From NCBI GenBank assembly GCA_964508705.1, contig CAZDUS010000001.1, forward strand, positions 146,407 to 210,406: DNA of 64,000 nucleotides. The letters run 5' to 3'. This stretch comes from an uncultured Verrucomicrobiota bacterium. GTDB lineage: Bacteria > Verrucomicrobiota > Kiritimatiellia > CAIKKV01 > CAITUY01. The notes beneath the pieces were generated by a model. That model ran no database searches. It was not told the DNA's origin and was given only the letters and a program-made list of their open reading frames with translations. This document shows positions 8,833-19,453 of the stretch, piece by piece. Position 1 is the stretch's first letter. Each line of letters opens with the position of its first letter. The position numbers and the translations under genes are program-made.

Positions 8833-10140
8833 TTGTATATGTTGTCAAAATCATTAACTCGCTCCATTTTCGCCATGGGCGCACGACTAGCAAGTGTGGC
8901 ATCCGTGGTGATTATCATGGCCTTAGCTTCGCGCTACATGGACGGAGAAAAGTTCGGCTTGTTGGCCATCCTGTTGGCAGTAATGAATTTCACCCTCTCT
9001 CTTGACGCCGGATTTCGTTTCGGAATGGGAAACCGGCTCGCAGCACTGGCCGCATCCCCTACTCCTTCGGTTCTCCCGGGACAAACATTCTGGACCGTAT
9101 TCCATCTCGAATGCCTGATTGGCATCTTTGGCGCCATCGTCTGCCTCAGCATACTGCCCATGTTTAACTGGGGTGAAATTTTCAAGATCCAATCCATCAC
9201 ATTAACAGCAGAGGCTCAACAGGGAATCCCGGTGATGTTTGCCATGCTAATGCTAAACCAGCCCCTGACATTGGCGGGGGCCGCTTTGTTTGCCAATCAG
9301 CACATCGTCTTGGCGAGCGTTCTGGGCGCGATTCAGTCCCTATTATTAGCATTGGTGTTCTGGGCTGGCCTTTCCCTGCCCACCTTCAGCCTGACTTGTA
9401 TCACGCTTCTGGGGGTCTATCTGTTGTCAGGAGCTGGTATGACCCTATTCGTTGTCGTCTGGAAGCGATGGCGTTGGTCATTGCCGAACTGGCGACAACA
9501 AGCGGCCCTACTTAAATCCATGTCGGGCCCCAGTCTGGATTTCTTCTGGCTCAACATGTCATCCATGGCCACCGCCTTGTTGGGGCCATTCCTCGCTGGC
9601 GCCGTCGCGGGATTAGCCACTGCGGGCGATTTCGCCTTGATCCAGCGTATCTTCGGCCTTTTGGTCACATTGCACCTCGCACTACTCTCGCCCCTTTCCC
9701 CTTCCTTTACACGGCACGCCTCGGAAAACGACTGGGGCTGGATCACTAAAAAATTCACCCTGTGCGTAAAGCGGTTTTGGCCAGCCGTCTTTCTGGGTGG
9801 CGGGTTAGTTCTGGCCGTCATTCATCCCTGGATATTGCAATTATGGACAGGACGGTGGATTAGTGATTACGGTCTGGTAGCTTTCCTGGCCTCTGCCGCC
9901 ATGGCAACCGGTTGGGCTAACACACATTCCGTTCTGCTGAATAGTCTAGGCGCTGTTCGCCGGCAGGCGCTGTTATCCCTTGTCATGCTGATTCCCGTGG
10001 TGGCCTTGCCACTTTTGCTGGGTAAGTTTTTGGGTGTTTATGGCATTGCGTTAGCCACAACGATCTGCATCATGCCAAGCGCCATTCTTACAACACAGTG
10101 GGTGCATTCCGCCTTGCACAACAAGACCCTTGCGGTATGA
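8833..10140 (+). CDS. oligosaccharide flippase (Wzx/MOP superfamily)
   Basis: 435 aa, about 12 predicted TM helices, typical polysaccharide-biosynthesis-protein topology. First gene of the glycan operon. Confidence 0.7.
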   Translation: MYMLSKSLTRSIFAMGARLASVASVVIIMALASRYMDGEKFGLLAILLAVMNFTLSLDAGFRFGMGNRLAALAASPTPSVLPGQTFWTVFHLECLIGIFGAIVCLSILPMFNWGEIFKIQSITLTAEAQQGIPVMFAMLMLNQPLTLAGAALFANQHIVLASVLGAIQSLLLALVFWAGLSLPTFSLTCITLLGVYLLSGAGMTLFVVVWKRWRWSLPNWRQQAALLKSMSGPSLDFFWLNMSSMATALLGPFLAGAVAGLATAGDFALIQRIFGLLVTLHLALLSPLSPSFTRHASENDWGWITKKFTLCVKRFWPAVFLGGGLVLAVIHPWILQLWTGRWISDYGLVAFLASAAMATGWANTHSVLLNSLGAVRRQALLSLVMLIPVVALPLLLGKFLGVYGIALATTICIMPSAILTTQWVHSALHNKTLAV

Positions 10141-11144
10141 ATCCTGTCCTTTCCATTACCATCCCAACGTTCAATCGGGCGTCGCTTCTTCAGGAATGTC
10201 TCGACGCCGTACTGCCTCAAACAGTGAACTTGCCGGTAGAAGTAGTAGTCATCGACAATGCCTCGCCGGATGGGACACGCCAACTCCTGAATGCCTATGG
10301 TTTCCGGTTCAAGTCTCTTCGCTGGTTTCAAAACCACCGCAACCTTGGCTATGCCGGTAACCAGGCAAAATGCATTGAGTACGCCGCCGGGAAATACACA
10401 GCCATCTTATGCGATGACGACATATACCTACCAGGAGCCGTGAATCGCATTCTCACCGTGATACAAAGGAAGGACTACGCCTTCATCGCTTTGAATTACA
10501 GCGCTTTCACTCGATCACCAGCCAAGCCAATCATACCCGCTGTCGGTCCTAAAGAAGACACGGAATTCAACCGAGCCTATGATGTCATGAAGCATCCTTC
10601 CGTGGGGCACTATTCAGGATTCGTGTTTAATTCCTTATTGGCCAAGGACGCTTTGCTGGAGTTGACTCAACGTCGATCCCTGTCTGAATACGAAGTCTAC
10701 CGGGGCGTCTTATGCGAACTCAGTGTACGATCGCTAATCCCCTCATCGTTGCCATCATTCTACATCGGCGAGCCTTCGCTGGCGGCTCGGAGGCCTTTGG
10801 TGGTGGATTACGACTCCCTCCAACATCTATGCCTGGATTATTACCAGTGGTCGCTTGGCCTCCACAAGGAAGGCCTCCTTTCCGATAATGACCTGTCCCA
10901 TCGCCGAACCGAGGTTCTATCCCAATTACCCAGGGCTCTACTCCGTAATGCGGGATTTCTGGATGCCGGGCACTGGCGGCAGGTGCAGAACCAACTCGGC
11001 GCTTGGTTCGGGCGGGAGCCCCAATACCAACATAGGATTGAGCCTCTTCTCCGAAAGTTGAACTTTCCCGGAGCCCGGCTTGCCCTCCGGTGGGTATTCA
11101 ATTTCTATCGCATCACAAAACCGCTTTGGTGGAAACTCACCTAG
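10137..11144 (+). CDS. glycosyltransferase family 2
   Basis: LSITIPTFNRASLLQECLDAVLPQT…VVVIDNASPDGT…CDDD motifs. ATG overlaps the flippase stop (ATGA). Confidence 0.85.
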   Translation: MNPVLSITIPTFNRASLLQECLDAVLPQTVNLPVEVVVIDNASPDGTRQLLNAYGFRFKSLRWFQNHRNLGYAGNQAKCIEYAAGKYTAILCDDDIYLPGAVNRILTVIQRKDYAFIALNYSAFTRSPAKPIIPAVGPKEDTEFNRAYDVMKHPSVGHYSGFVFNSLLAKDALLELTQRRSLSEYEVYRGVLCELSVRSLIPSSLPSFYIGEPSLAARRPLVVDYDSLQHLCLDYYQWSLGLHKEGLLSDNDLSHRRTEVLSQLPRALLRNAGFLDAGHWRQVQNQLGAWFGREPQYQHRIEPLLRKLNFPGARLALRWVFNFYRITKPLWWKLT

Positions 11145-11153
11145 AAAACCAGC

Positions 11154-12158
11154 ATGGCACCACTTCATATTCTTGTCATCACCTACAACCGCGCGGAACG
11201 ATTGCTTCGCACCCTCCAAGCCCTTTCGGACAGCGCTTTTCGTGACTGCCCTCTGACGGTTCTAGATAATGCCTCGACCGATTGCACTTCCGATGTGTGC
11301 CAATCCTTCCGATCTAAATTCCCATCGTATGAGGTCATTCGCCATGCCCGCAATATTGGTTTTGGCGCCAACTATCTTCGCGCATTGGAACTCTCGCGCG
11401 GCCTCTATACATGGGTTGTTTGTGATGATGATGCCCTCTTGCTTTCAAACGCTGAATCATTTCTGTCTCTTCTCAACAAAGCAGAATACGATTTCTTCAG
11501 TGTCGGAGGCCCCAGACAAGAAGAATGGCCGAAGGGGATACGCCTTTCCCCTTCTTTTATCCAGACTCGCTACGGAACCTTCCTGACGAATCAAAGTTTT
11601 GTGCCTTCTCTCGTCATCCGGACAGCCTTGCTTAATTCCAAACTCTTTCTCGACGGTTATTTTTCCATTGCCACCAATTTCCCTCAATTGACCTTGGGAA
11701 AGCATCTCTTGTCGAAAGATATTCCTTTTTGGGTTCCCGAGTATCCTCTCGTCCGCCGGGAAGTTCCGGCAGAGAAGAGCCAAATTTATCTGGACGTAAT
11801 CGCTGGCTGGGCGGTGGTGTGCCGCGGACTTCCTCGCCAAGATCAACGTATCCAGGCGTTCTATTCCATCTTCACCCAACCCCATGCCTTTGGCATGATC
11901 AGGGAAATCATCAGGATGATTATCTGGTGCAAGCTAGACACTGGAGGAAACAGCACCCAGGACATCAGTCGTATTCTCCGCAACGTTGACGGAATCATCA
12001 AGCCACCACTATGGCTATGCTGGGGGGCAACCTTGATCCCGGCAGGACTCTATCGGGCAACAAGGAGTATATATCGGAAAGCGAAATACGGTTGGCTGAG
12101 GCAACCCTTACCCCCCACATTTCACACGCCCGTTTCCAGTGACGAACTGCGTCGTTGA
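11154..12158 (+). CDS. glycosyltransferase family 2
   Basis: HILVITYNRAERLLRTLQAL…LDNASTD…VVCDDD. 9-nt gap to the upstream GT2. Confidence 0.8.
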   Translation: MAPLHILVITYNRAERLLRTLQALSDSAFRDCPLTVLDNASTDCTSDVCQSFRSKFPSYEVIRHARNIGFGANYLRALELSRGLYTWVVCDDDALLLSNAESFLSLLNKAEYDFFSVGGPRQEEWPKGIRLSPSFIQTRYGTFLTNQSFVPSLVIRTALLNSKLFLDGYFSIATNFPQLTLGKHLLSKDIPFWVPEYPLVRREVPAEKSQIYLDVIAGWAVVCRGLPRQDQRIQAFYSIFTQPHAFGMIREIIRMIIWCKLDTGGNSTQDISRILRNVDGIIKPPLWLCWGATLIPAGLYRATRSIYRKAKYGWLRQPLPPTFHTPVSSDELRR

Positions 12159-13207
12159 TGGGCCCTTTTGGAAATAGACCGCAAACCATGCGCATATTGG
12201 TCATACGAACCGATCATTTAGGAGATGTGCTGCTCGCCACACCCATGATGCGAGCTTTGTCAAAAGCGGGGCACGAGGTCACCGCTCTTGTACGACGAGC
12301 CGTCGCGCCCGTTTTCGACTATTCACCTTATGCCCGCGCGGTCATTCTGGAGGAGGTGGCTCCTTCTTTCCCCCAGCACTGGATTAACTTGGGGACCTGG
12401 ATGCGCCGTCAATCGTTTGACGCAATCCTTCTGCCCTACAGTCAACCACGCCAACTCCTATTCGCCTCATTGATGAGCGGATGTCAAACCCGGGTGGCCA
12501 TGTGGTCTGGACTTTGGGGCCGTTTAACATTCCACCATTGCCTTCGCTCCGGCATCCGCAAAGGGGAGCGCCATTTTTCGGACATGCTTTTGGATTGCGC
12601 AAGAGCGCTCAATGTGGAGCCTGCCGGATTACGTCCCGACTTCTTTCTGACCGATAAAGAACGCTCAATGGCAAAACAGGAATTTGCGCGGCGATTCCCA
12701 AACCTTTTGCTAATAGGCGTTCATCCCGGGTGCGCCGGAAACACGTGCAATCTTCCCCCGAACATTTACGGACAGTTGGCAGAAAAGCTCCTGACGGACC
12801 CCGGGATCGCAATTATCGGGTCAGGCATTGAATGCGAGCGCAAACTGTTTAACGAGTGGCCATCCTCTGTGATCAACCATCCCCGATACTGGAACGCATG
12901 CGGCCTGTGGGACGTTCGTCAGTTGGCGGCAAGTATTTCTCATTACACAGCCATGGTAGTCCCCAGCACAGGGCCACTTCACATTGCAGCGGCTCTTGGA
13001 TTGCGCACAGTTACCCCTTTCTGTCACTTTCCGCCAACCTCCGTGACTGTCTGGGGAAATCTCACCCCTGGGGCGGTAGCCGTCCATCCCGATATAACCT
13101 ATTGCGATGGTCGCCGGAAAAATCGACAGTCTCAATGTCATTTCGGTGGGTTCATCAACGCTGAAACCCTTTTTCAGGCAACACGGAACCTTTTGAACGC
13201 ACAATGA
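12158..13207 (+). CDS. glycosyltransferase family 9 (heptosyltransferase-like)
   Basis: MRILVIRTDHLGDVLLATPMMRAL, the characteristic RfaF/WaaC-type N-terminus. ATG overlaps the upstream TGA (TGATG). An alternative start at 12188 (MRILVIR) is possible. Confidence 0.8.
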   Translation: MGPFGNRPQTMRILVIRTDHLGDVLLATPMMRALSKAGHEVTALVRRAVAPVFDYSPYARAVILEEVAPSFPQHWINLGTWMRRQSFDAILLPYSQPRQLLFASLMSGCQTRVAMWSGLWGRLTFHHCLRSGIRKGERHFSDMLLDCARALNVEPAGLRPDFFLTDKERSMAKQEFARRFPNLLLIGVHPGCAGNTCNLPPNIYGQLAEKLLTDPGIAIIGSGIECERKLFNEWPSSVINHPRYWNACGLWDVRQLAASISHYTAMVVPSTGPLHIAAALGLRTVTPFCHFPPTSVTVWGNLTPGAVAVHPDITYCDGRRKNRQSQCHFGGFINAETLFQATRNLLNAQ

Positions 13208-14421
13208 AAGAGGCATCAGTAATTCAGTCCACCAGAGGCCCTGATCCTCGGCTTTTCCGGAATAAGACGTATTGGATGCTGTCGCTCATCATTGAGTTTC
13301 TGGCTCCGTGCCTGAAATTGTCCGCCTGGATTTTGACCGGCAAGGGAGTGACATCGCCGCAGAAATGGAAAAAAGTTTTACTGGTGGGAGATGTCCATAT
13401 TGGCGACCTTCTCTACAGGACATGCTCGCTTCCAGCGTTGAAATCCGCGCTACCCGGTTGCTCCATCTATTATCTGACGAGCCCATCCACAGCCGAGGTG
13501 CTGGAAGGCAATCCCGCACTCACCGGGATCCTGCCTTGGATGACCTCTGATTCACCTTTGGATATGGCAAACCACCATCTGAAACAATTGCGCGAAATGA
13601 AATTCGACGCGGTACTGGCCACAAATTGCATCAGGTACTGGCCATCGCTGGTATTATCCCTACGCATCAGGGCGCCCAACCGCGTTGCCTTTGTCCACAA
13701 GGGATTTTCCGGCTTGGTTACTCATCCGGTTCCAATGAACAATCCTCAGCCCTATCCCGCTTATTTCCGCGACTACGTCGCTCACCTAACCAACTCGAGC
13801 CCCGACTGGCCGTTGATCCCTCGTCTTTATCCCGCCGCTGATGATGAATTGTCCGCGGATATCGTATGGCGGCATTGCGCTTTTGATCCGACGCAACCCA
13901 TCTTGGCCTGTTTCGTAACCACACGACAGCCCACTGCAGTTTGGCCCGTTGCCTGCTTTGTCAAAGCATTATCCCTGCTCCACCAGCAAACAGGAGCTCA
14001 GATCGCCTTGTGCGGCGCACAACAGGACCGACCGCTACTCGAACATCTCAAGCGAGAGTGCGCTGGCGTTCCTTCCCATGTCCTGGCCGGAACATTGAAG
14101 ATCAAGGCGTTGTCGTGTTTTCTTAAAAAATGCGACGCCGTCCTCTGCACAGACTCCGGCCCTCGCCATGTCGCAAACGCTGTCCAACGACCTGTATTCT
14201 TCTTTCGCAATTTATGGTCCAACGCCATAGAAAGCGGTAGTTATTTAAATACCGAACATGATCTGTGCCCCCCCCAGACGGAGCCTCTTCCCGTATCACG
14301 GCATTCATCAATCTTATCAACCATCACTCCAGAAGCCGTATGCGAGAGAGTGGCTCACGCACTTCGCACCGGGGCTATGCGGCACCTGCCATCGGTTCAG
14401 CACAAGGACTCGGAATGTTAA
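13204..14421 (+). CDS. glycosyltransferase family 9-like
   Basis: KKVLLVGDVHIGDLLYRTCSLPALK N-terminal GT9 signature. ATGA overlap with the upstream gene. Confidence 0.7.
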   Translation: MKEASVIQSTRGPDPRLFRNKTYWMLSLIIEFLAPCLKLSAWILTGKGVTSPQKWKKVLLVGDVHIGDLLYRTCSLPALKSALPGCSIYYLTSPSTAEVLEGNPALTGILPWMTSDSPLDMANHHLKQLREMKFDAVLATNCIRYWPSLVLSLRIRAPNRVAFVHKGFSGLVTHPVPMNNPQPYPAYFRDYVAHLTNSSPDWPLIPRLYPAADDELSADIVWRHCAFDPTQPILACFVTTRQPTAVWPVACFVKALSLLHQQTGAQIALCGAQQDRPLLEHLKRECAGVPSHVLAGTLKIKALSCFLKKCDAVLCTDSGPRHVANAVQRPVFFFRNLWSNAIESGSYLNTEHDLCPPQTEPLPVSRHSSILSTITPEAVCERVAHALRTGAMRHLPSVQHKDSEC

Positions 14422-15881
14422 ACCCTATTCTATCCCGACGAATAACCACCGTGGCTGTTGGAGCCACCATGGCGGCTATTTCCCTGCTCATGATTAAACT
14501 GGTTGCCGAGCGCGGACCGGCCATACTGGCAATCTGCCTGTTGGTTATTTTGCCGTTATTATGGATCATCTTTGCTGGCTCAAGATGGTGGTTACTCATG
14601 CCGGTGGCAATAGCGTTTGGCGGCACTTTTTCCGCAGCGCACAAGTTTTCTACCTATGAAGTCGCCTTACCGCTATGCTTATTGGCACTCCTTCCTCTTA
14701 TTGCCACCGGCAAGGCAACAAAAATCAACCGCCCTGCGCTTCCCAAGGCGGCTGGATTCTTGCTTCTGCTGATCGTCGTCGACTGGATAGTCAGTCTCTA
14801 CATTTCCGAATGGCGGGGCTTGGCAGGCAGCGGGGGAATAAGCCGCGTCTATTTCAATGCCTTGTGGGCTGTCGTCTTCCTGATAACCTTTTATCGATAC
14901 GGCATCACTCGACACTTAAAGACGATTCTCATTGCTGTATACCTCGCCAGCTTGGCTAGAGTATGCATTAACATTCTATCGTTTTTTCTCGGAGAATATA
15001 TTTACATTCCCGGCATAAATTATGTGCTGGGAGGCATGTCACCCGGCCTGACTGATCTTCGGTTCTCCGCCCTTCAACTGGTCATTATCGCTTTCGCTTG
15101 CCTCCAATTCTCGTCTCGGACGTGGGTAAAAATATTTCACATCGGAATGATCAGTCTTTCTGTCGGCCTGGTATTTCTCGGTGGGGGTCGTGTCAGCGTG
15201 GGCATGCTTTGCGCCATACCCTTGATGTGGGCCTTGCTCAAGCGAAGATTCGGATGGATGGCCGTCATCGGTGGCTCTTTGCTTCTAATCATGGTCATCA
15301 TCAATCACCGGCCGGACTTCATTCATAATCTCCCTGAAAATGCCCGCAGGGCCGCATCCATCCTGATCCGGGAGTCCTCAACACGTTGGGTTGACCAGCA
15401 TGAAATCGTCAGGGGAAGCAATGAATGGCATCGCCGTTTGATTGAACTGGGATTCAAGCGCTGGATCGCCACACCGCTAACCTTTGTTTCCGGCCATCAC
15501 GTGGAACCTTATGACAAGGAATATGATGCCCTCTCTGCCACGACAGAATTCCGGGCTCAAGTGGCCGCAAAGCTGGGGTCGTATGAATCGGGCCTTTGGG
15601 TGGTCCTCGGCGTCCTGGGAATTGCCGGGCTCTTGCTGTATATACGCATTTTTTTATTCCTTCTAAAAGAACCTTTCCGTGAACTGCAGACCCATGGAGT
15701 TGTAGATATTCCGCATGTGTTCTGTCTTTGGGCATTGCTGGAGGCTGGCTTGTGGTGCGTATTCGCCTGGATCGCAGGCACATTCCCAAGCCATGAACTG
15801 ATGATGGCGGTTATTGCAAAAGCGGCACTCGAGGATCACAAACGGAAAACGCCAGAGCCTGCTCAGGCTCAAACCTATTAA
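14415..15881 (+). CDS. O-antigen ligase / polymerase-like polytopic membrane protein (Wzy/WaaL family)
   Basis: About 490 aa, 10-12 TM helices with a large periplasmic loop. ATG at 14415 overlaps the GT9 stop (ATGTTAA). The longer track ORF start lies inside the upstream gene. Confidence 0.65.
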   Translation: MLNPILSRRITTVAVGATMAAISLLMIKLVAERGPAILAICLLVILPLLWIIFAGSRWWLLMPVAIAFGGTFSAAHKFSTYEVALPLCLLALLPLIATGKATKINRPALPKAAGFLLLLIVVDWIVSLYISEWRGLAGSGGISRVYFNALWAVVFLITFYRYGITRHLKTILIAVYLASLARVCINILSFFLGEYIYIPGINYVLGGMSPGLTDLRFSALQLVIIAFACLQFSSRTWVKIFHIGMISLSVGLVFLGGGRVSVGMLCAIPLMWALLKRRFGWMAVIGGSLLLIMVIINHRPDFIHNLPENARRAASILIRESSTRWVDQHEIVRGSNEWHRRLIELGFKRWIATPLTFVSGHHVEPYDKEYDALSATTEFRAQVAAKLGSYESGLWVVLGVLGIAGLLLYIRIFLFLLKEPFRELQTHGVVDIPHVFCLWALLEAGLWCVFAWIAGTFPSHELMMAVIAKAALEDHKRKTPEPAQAQTY

Positions 15882-15930
15882 CCTCCAACACCCTCGACAG
15901 CAAAGTCGATGGAGCCTCCCGACCACACGA

Positions 15931-17058
15931 ATGAATAACGGACCACTGAATATCCTGATTGACGCCCATATGGTCGGATTGCGCGAATCCGGCAATGAGC
16001 GTTACATCATGAATTTGATTACAGCTCTCGTGGCGCTTGCGCCGCCTGCGAATTTCATTGTGGCCGCGTCGCATCCGGAAATTTTTAATCACCTGCTCCA
16101 TAATCAAAATCGATGGCGGGTTGCCAAGGTGTCCGAATCCGCATGGCGTCGCCTCGCTTTCGAGTTGCCCGCGCTGGCACGCCGCGTAAAAGCCGACTTG
16201 ATGCATGTAACCTACACAGCGCCACTATGGCCGGGATGCCGTATCGTTTCAACCGTGCATGATGTCTCATTCCGGCCCCATCCGGAATGGTTTTCCCTGC
16301 GCGACAGGTTAGTGCTTGGGGCAGGCGTCGGAATGACGCTGGCGCGGGGTGCGGACGTCATCACCGTCAGCCTCCACGCTGCTAGCGAGATTTCCTCATT
16401 CTACAGCCTGCCTCCTAACCGGATTCATGTGACTCTGGAAGCGGCTGATCCACGCTTTCACGCCCTATCCGGTCGCAAGAGCGAACAATTCAGTTCTGGC
16501 TTAAAAATTGATCGCCCCTTCATTCTCGCTGTCGGCAACCTCCAACCACGCAAAAACATCCTTCGCCTCATTCAGGCCACGGCCAAACTGAAACTCGAAG
16601 GCTGCGCTGATTTTCAACTCGTCATCGCCGGCAAGGCCAAGTGGCGAGAATCGGATCTCTATACCGAGGTTAAAAACCTGAAACTGGAAAACGATGTGCT
16701 TTTCCTTGGCCATGTGACTGACGACACGTTAATCCACTTGTATAGTCAAGCTGTGGCATTTGCTTATCCATCCCTATATGAGGGTTTTGGACTCCCCGTT
16801 CTGGAAGCCATGGCCTGTGGAGCCCCGGTCATTACCTCTAATTGCACGTCCATTCCCGAAGTGGCCGGCAATGCCGCTCTACTGATCGACCCCACCGATT
16901 CCGTCGCGCTGGCAAGCGCCATCCGATCAGTGCTGGAAAACAGCACACTGCGATCGTCGCTCCGTGAAAAAAGCTTGCGGCAAGCCGCACAATTTTCATG
17001 GGAACACACCGCACGCGAAACTTGGAACCTCTACTGCAAGATTGCGGGGAAATTGTGA
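15931..17058 (+). CDS. glycosyltransferase family 4
   Basis: C-terminal GT4 signature …YPSLYEGFGLPVLEAMACGAPVITSN… ATG at 15931 (MNNGPLNILIDAH). Confidence 0.85.
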   Translation: MNNGPLNILIDAHMVGLRESGNERYIMNLITALVALAPPANFIVAASHPEIFNHLLHNQNRWRVAKVSESAWRRLAFELPALARRVKADLMHVTYTAPLWPGCRIVSTVHDVSFRPHPEWFSLRDRLVLGAGVGMTLARGADVITVSLHAASEISSFYSLPPNRIHVTLEAADPRFHALSGRKSEQFSSGLKIDRPFILAVGNLQPRKNILRLIQATAKLKLEGCADFQLVIAGKAKWRESDLYTEVKNLKLENDVLFLGHVTDDTLIHLYSQAVAFAYPSLYEGFGLPVLEAMACGAPVITSNCTSIPEVAGNAALLIDPTDSVALASAIRSVLENSTLRSSLREKSLRQAAQFSWEHTARETWNLYCKIAGKL

Positions 17059-18212
17059 AAATCGCCTTTCTTGGATCACGGGGAATTCCCGCCCGCTACA
17101 GCGGATTCGAAACCTTTTATGAACAACTTGCCGTGAGGCTTGCAAGCCTTGGCCATCAGGTCACAGTGTACAACCGCAATCACTTCATCAAGGACGTCAA
17201 GAAGCTATACAAAGGCGTCCGCATAGTATCCCTTCCCTCCATAAACTCGAAACATTTGGACACCATTTCGCATACTGCGCTCTCTTCCTTGCATGCGTTA
17301 TTCCAGGGATACGACATTGCCTATTATTGCATCGTCGGAAATAGCCCGTTGGTCTGGTTGCCACGAATGACCGGCGCGCGAACGCTCCTCAACGTTGATG
17401 GCGCCGACTGGGAAAGGGAAAAGTGGTCAGGGTTTGCCCGCTGGTATCAGCGCCACTGCGAGCGATTAGCCCCGTACACCGCCACAACTTTAATTGCCGA
17501 TTCCAAAGTGATTCAGGAACGCTACTTTTCCCTCTACAAGGCAACCTCTGTATTCGCACCTTATGGAGCTAACGTGCAACGAGACGCGGGAACCGAGGCC
17601 CTGACCAAGTGGCAACTCCAGTCCAGGGAATACATCCTGTATGTGGGGCGCTTGGTACCGGAAAACAAAATCGATCTTCTGCTCCGCGCCTTCCGGGAAG
17701 TCCCCACAGACAAGCGCCTCGTGATCGTCGGGGATGCCCCTTTCTCGGATACCTACAAATCCCTGCTGAAATCACTGGCGGATAGCCGCGTCGTCTTCAC
17801 CGGATACGCCTTTGGGGAAGATTACGCCCAGCTTAGCAGTCATGCCTACCTTTACGTCCAACCCTCGGCGATAGACGGAACACGCCCGGCGCTCCTGGAC
17901 CAGATGGGGTTTGGAAACTGTATTTTATTCCGCAACAGCAAAGCCAACATGGAAACAGTTGGCGATTACGGGGAATCGTTCGATGGCAGCCTCGGGACTA
18001 GCAGTTTAACGGAAAAACTCATCGCTCTGATAGCCGATCGCTCCCGTGTTGAGGCCCGGCGCAAGGACGTCCGTCAGCGTGTCGATCATTACTACAACTG
18101 GGAATGGATCACTGACTTTTATCAGGATATGTTCACCCGGTTGATGGCCAGGCGACCCCTGCTCGCTTATGACGAATTTTTGACCGCGCAATCCACCGGC
18201 GTCCCAAAATGA
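17055..18212 (+). CDS. glycosyltransferase (GT4-like with DUF1972-type N-terminus)
   Basis: VKIAFLGSRGIPARYSGFETFYEQLAVRL… GTG start overlapping the upstream TGA (GTGA). C-terminal GT-B half. Confidence 0.75.
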   Translation: MKIAFLGSRGIPARYSGFETFYEQLAVRLASLGHQVTVYNRNHFIKDVKKLYKGVRIVSLPSINSKHLDTISHTALSSLHALFQGYDIAYYCIVGNSPLVWLPRMTGARTLLNVDGADWEREKWSGFARWYQRHCERLAPYTATTLIADSKVIQERYFSLYKATSVFAPYGANVQRDAGTEALTKWQLQSREYILYVGRLVPENKIDLLLRAFREVPTDKRLVIVGDAPFSDTYKSLLKSLADSRVVFTGYAFGEDYAQLSSHAYLYVQPSAIDGTRPALLDQMGFGNCILFRNSKANMETVGDYGESFDGSLGTSSLTEKLIALIADRSRVEARRKDVRQRVDHYYNWEWITDFYQDMFTRLMARRPLLAYDEFLTAQSTGVPK

Positions 18213-19453
18213 GTTTACCGAAACCAAAATGGCAACATCTCGGATTGGCGATCGCCCTGCTGGCGGCTCTCACCTTGGCCAGGGGCTGGCTGGCCTGGCA
18301 CAGTCCCGAATTCAAATTCGCCGATGAACACCTCTATCTCGATATCGCCTCCCATATCGCCTCGGAAAACAAATACACGATAACCTCGCCCGGCAATCCG
18401 ATATTTGCCGTCCGTCAGGCCCCGGGTCTGCCTGTAACACTCGGCGCTGTCGGGAAAGTCGTTCCCCTTTCCCCGCTCACCGCAAAGGCCATGAACGGTC
18501 TGGCCTCGATCCTCACAGCGGTGATGTACGCCCTGATCGTCCTGATGTTGACACGACAATGGGCGGCGGCAGTCGTCATGCTGCTGTTGGCCGGCCTTCA
18601 CCCGCCATTGTTGTATACCAGCCTCACCAATTACCCCCAGACCTTGCAGGGATTCTGGCTGGCGGTGCTCACCCTGGTCTGGTCGCAACGTTTATCGGCA
18701 TCCCCTTCCTCGAGGGCAGGGGCCCTGGATGGCGGCTTGATCGGCATCGGTGCCTTGTTTGTCCCCACCCAGCTTTTTATCGCCCCAGCCGCCCTGGCTT
18801 TTCACTGGAGGCAGGGGCGCTCATGGCTGATCCGCTATGCGGCGTGGGCCATTGCAGGGGGCGTTCTGGTGCTAACCCCGTGGACGCTCAGGAATCTCGC
18901 CGTGGAGCGGGCTTTCATTCCCTTTTCAACCAATGGCGGCGAACAACTCTATCTTGGCTTCAACTCACAGGCGGGCATGAACACCGGTATTCAGATCGCC
19001 ACGCCGGACGCATTGCGCACTGCGGTCCGGCAATCATCATCCGGAAAGGAGGCGGAGTCTGTTTACCGGCACGCCGCCCTGGAATGGATAAACGAACATC
19101 CCGGCCGATCCCTGCGCCTATGGATTCTCAAGTCCGTTAATTTCTTCCGCTGGGATAACGGCAACATGATGACCCGGAGCGAACAGTCGGCTTCGCGTGA
19201 CTGGATCGCGCGAATGACCTCTCTGGGCGTCTTCGGTTTGGCTCTGGCAGGTGCCTGGCACTCCCGCAAGCGCCGCTCGCCATGGGCCTGGACCGCCGCC
19301 GTACTGATGCTCGGCCTGGCCCTGGGCCACGCATTTTTCATCTCGCGCTACCGCTACCGTCTGCCATTCGAGCCTTTTCTCATCATGACCGGCATCATCG
19401 GAATCTTCACCGCCAGGCAACCAGCACAAGCCACCCGGGAAACAACTCGATGA
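18209..19453 (+). CDS. GT-C type membrane glycosyltransferase (GT39/ArnT-like)
   Basis: Polytopic membrane protein with a periplasmic loop and PMT/ArnT-like hydrophobic pattern. ATGA overlap with the upstream gene. Confidence 0.55.
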   Translation: MSLPKPKWQHLGLAIALLAALTLARGWLAWHSPEFKFADEHLYLDIASHIASENKYTITSPGNPIFAVRQAPGLPVTLGAVGKVVPLSPLTAKAMNGLASILTAVMYALIVLMLTRQWAAAVVMLLLAGLHPPLLYTSLTNYPQTLQGFWLAVLTLVWSQRLSASPSSRAGALDGGLIGIGALFVPTQLFIAPAALAFHWRQGRSWLIRYAAWAIAGGVLVLTPWTLRNLAVERAFIPFSTNGGEQLYLGFNSQAGMNTGIQIATPDALRTAVRQSSSGKEAESVYRHAALEWINEHPGRSLRLWILKSVNFFRWDNGNMMTRSEQSASRDWIARMTSLGVFGLALAGAWHSRKRRSPWAWTAAVLMLGLALGHAFFISRYRYRLPFEPFLIMTGIIGIFTARQPAQATRETTR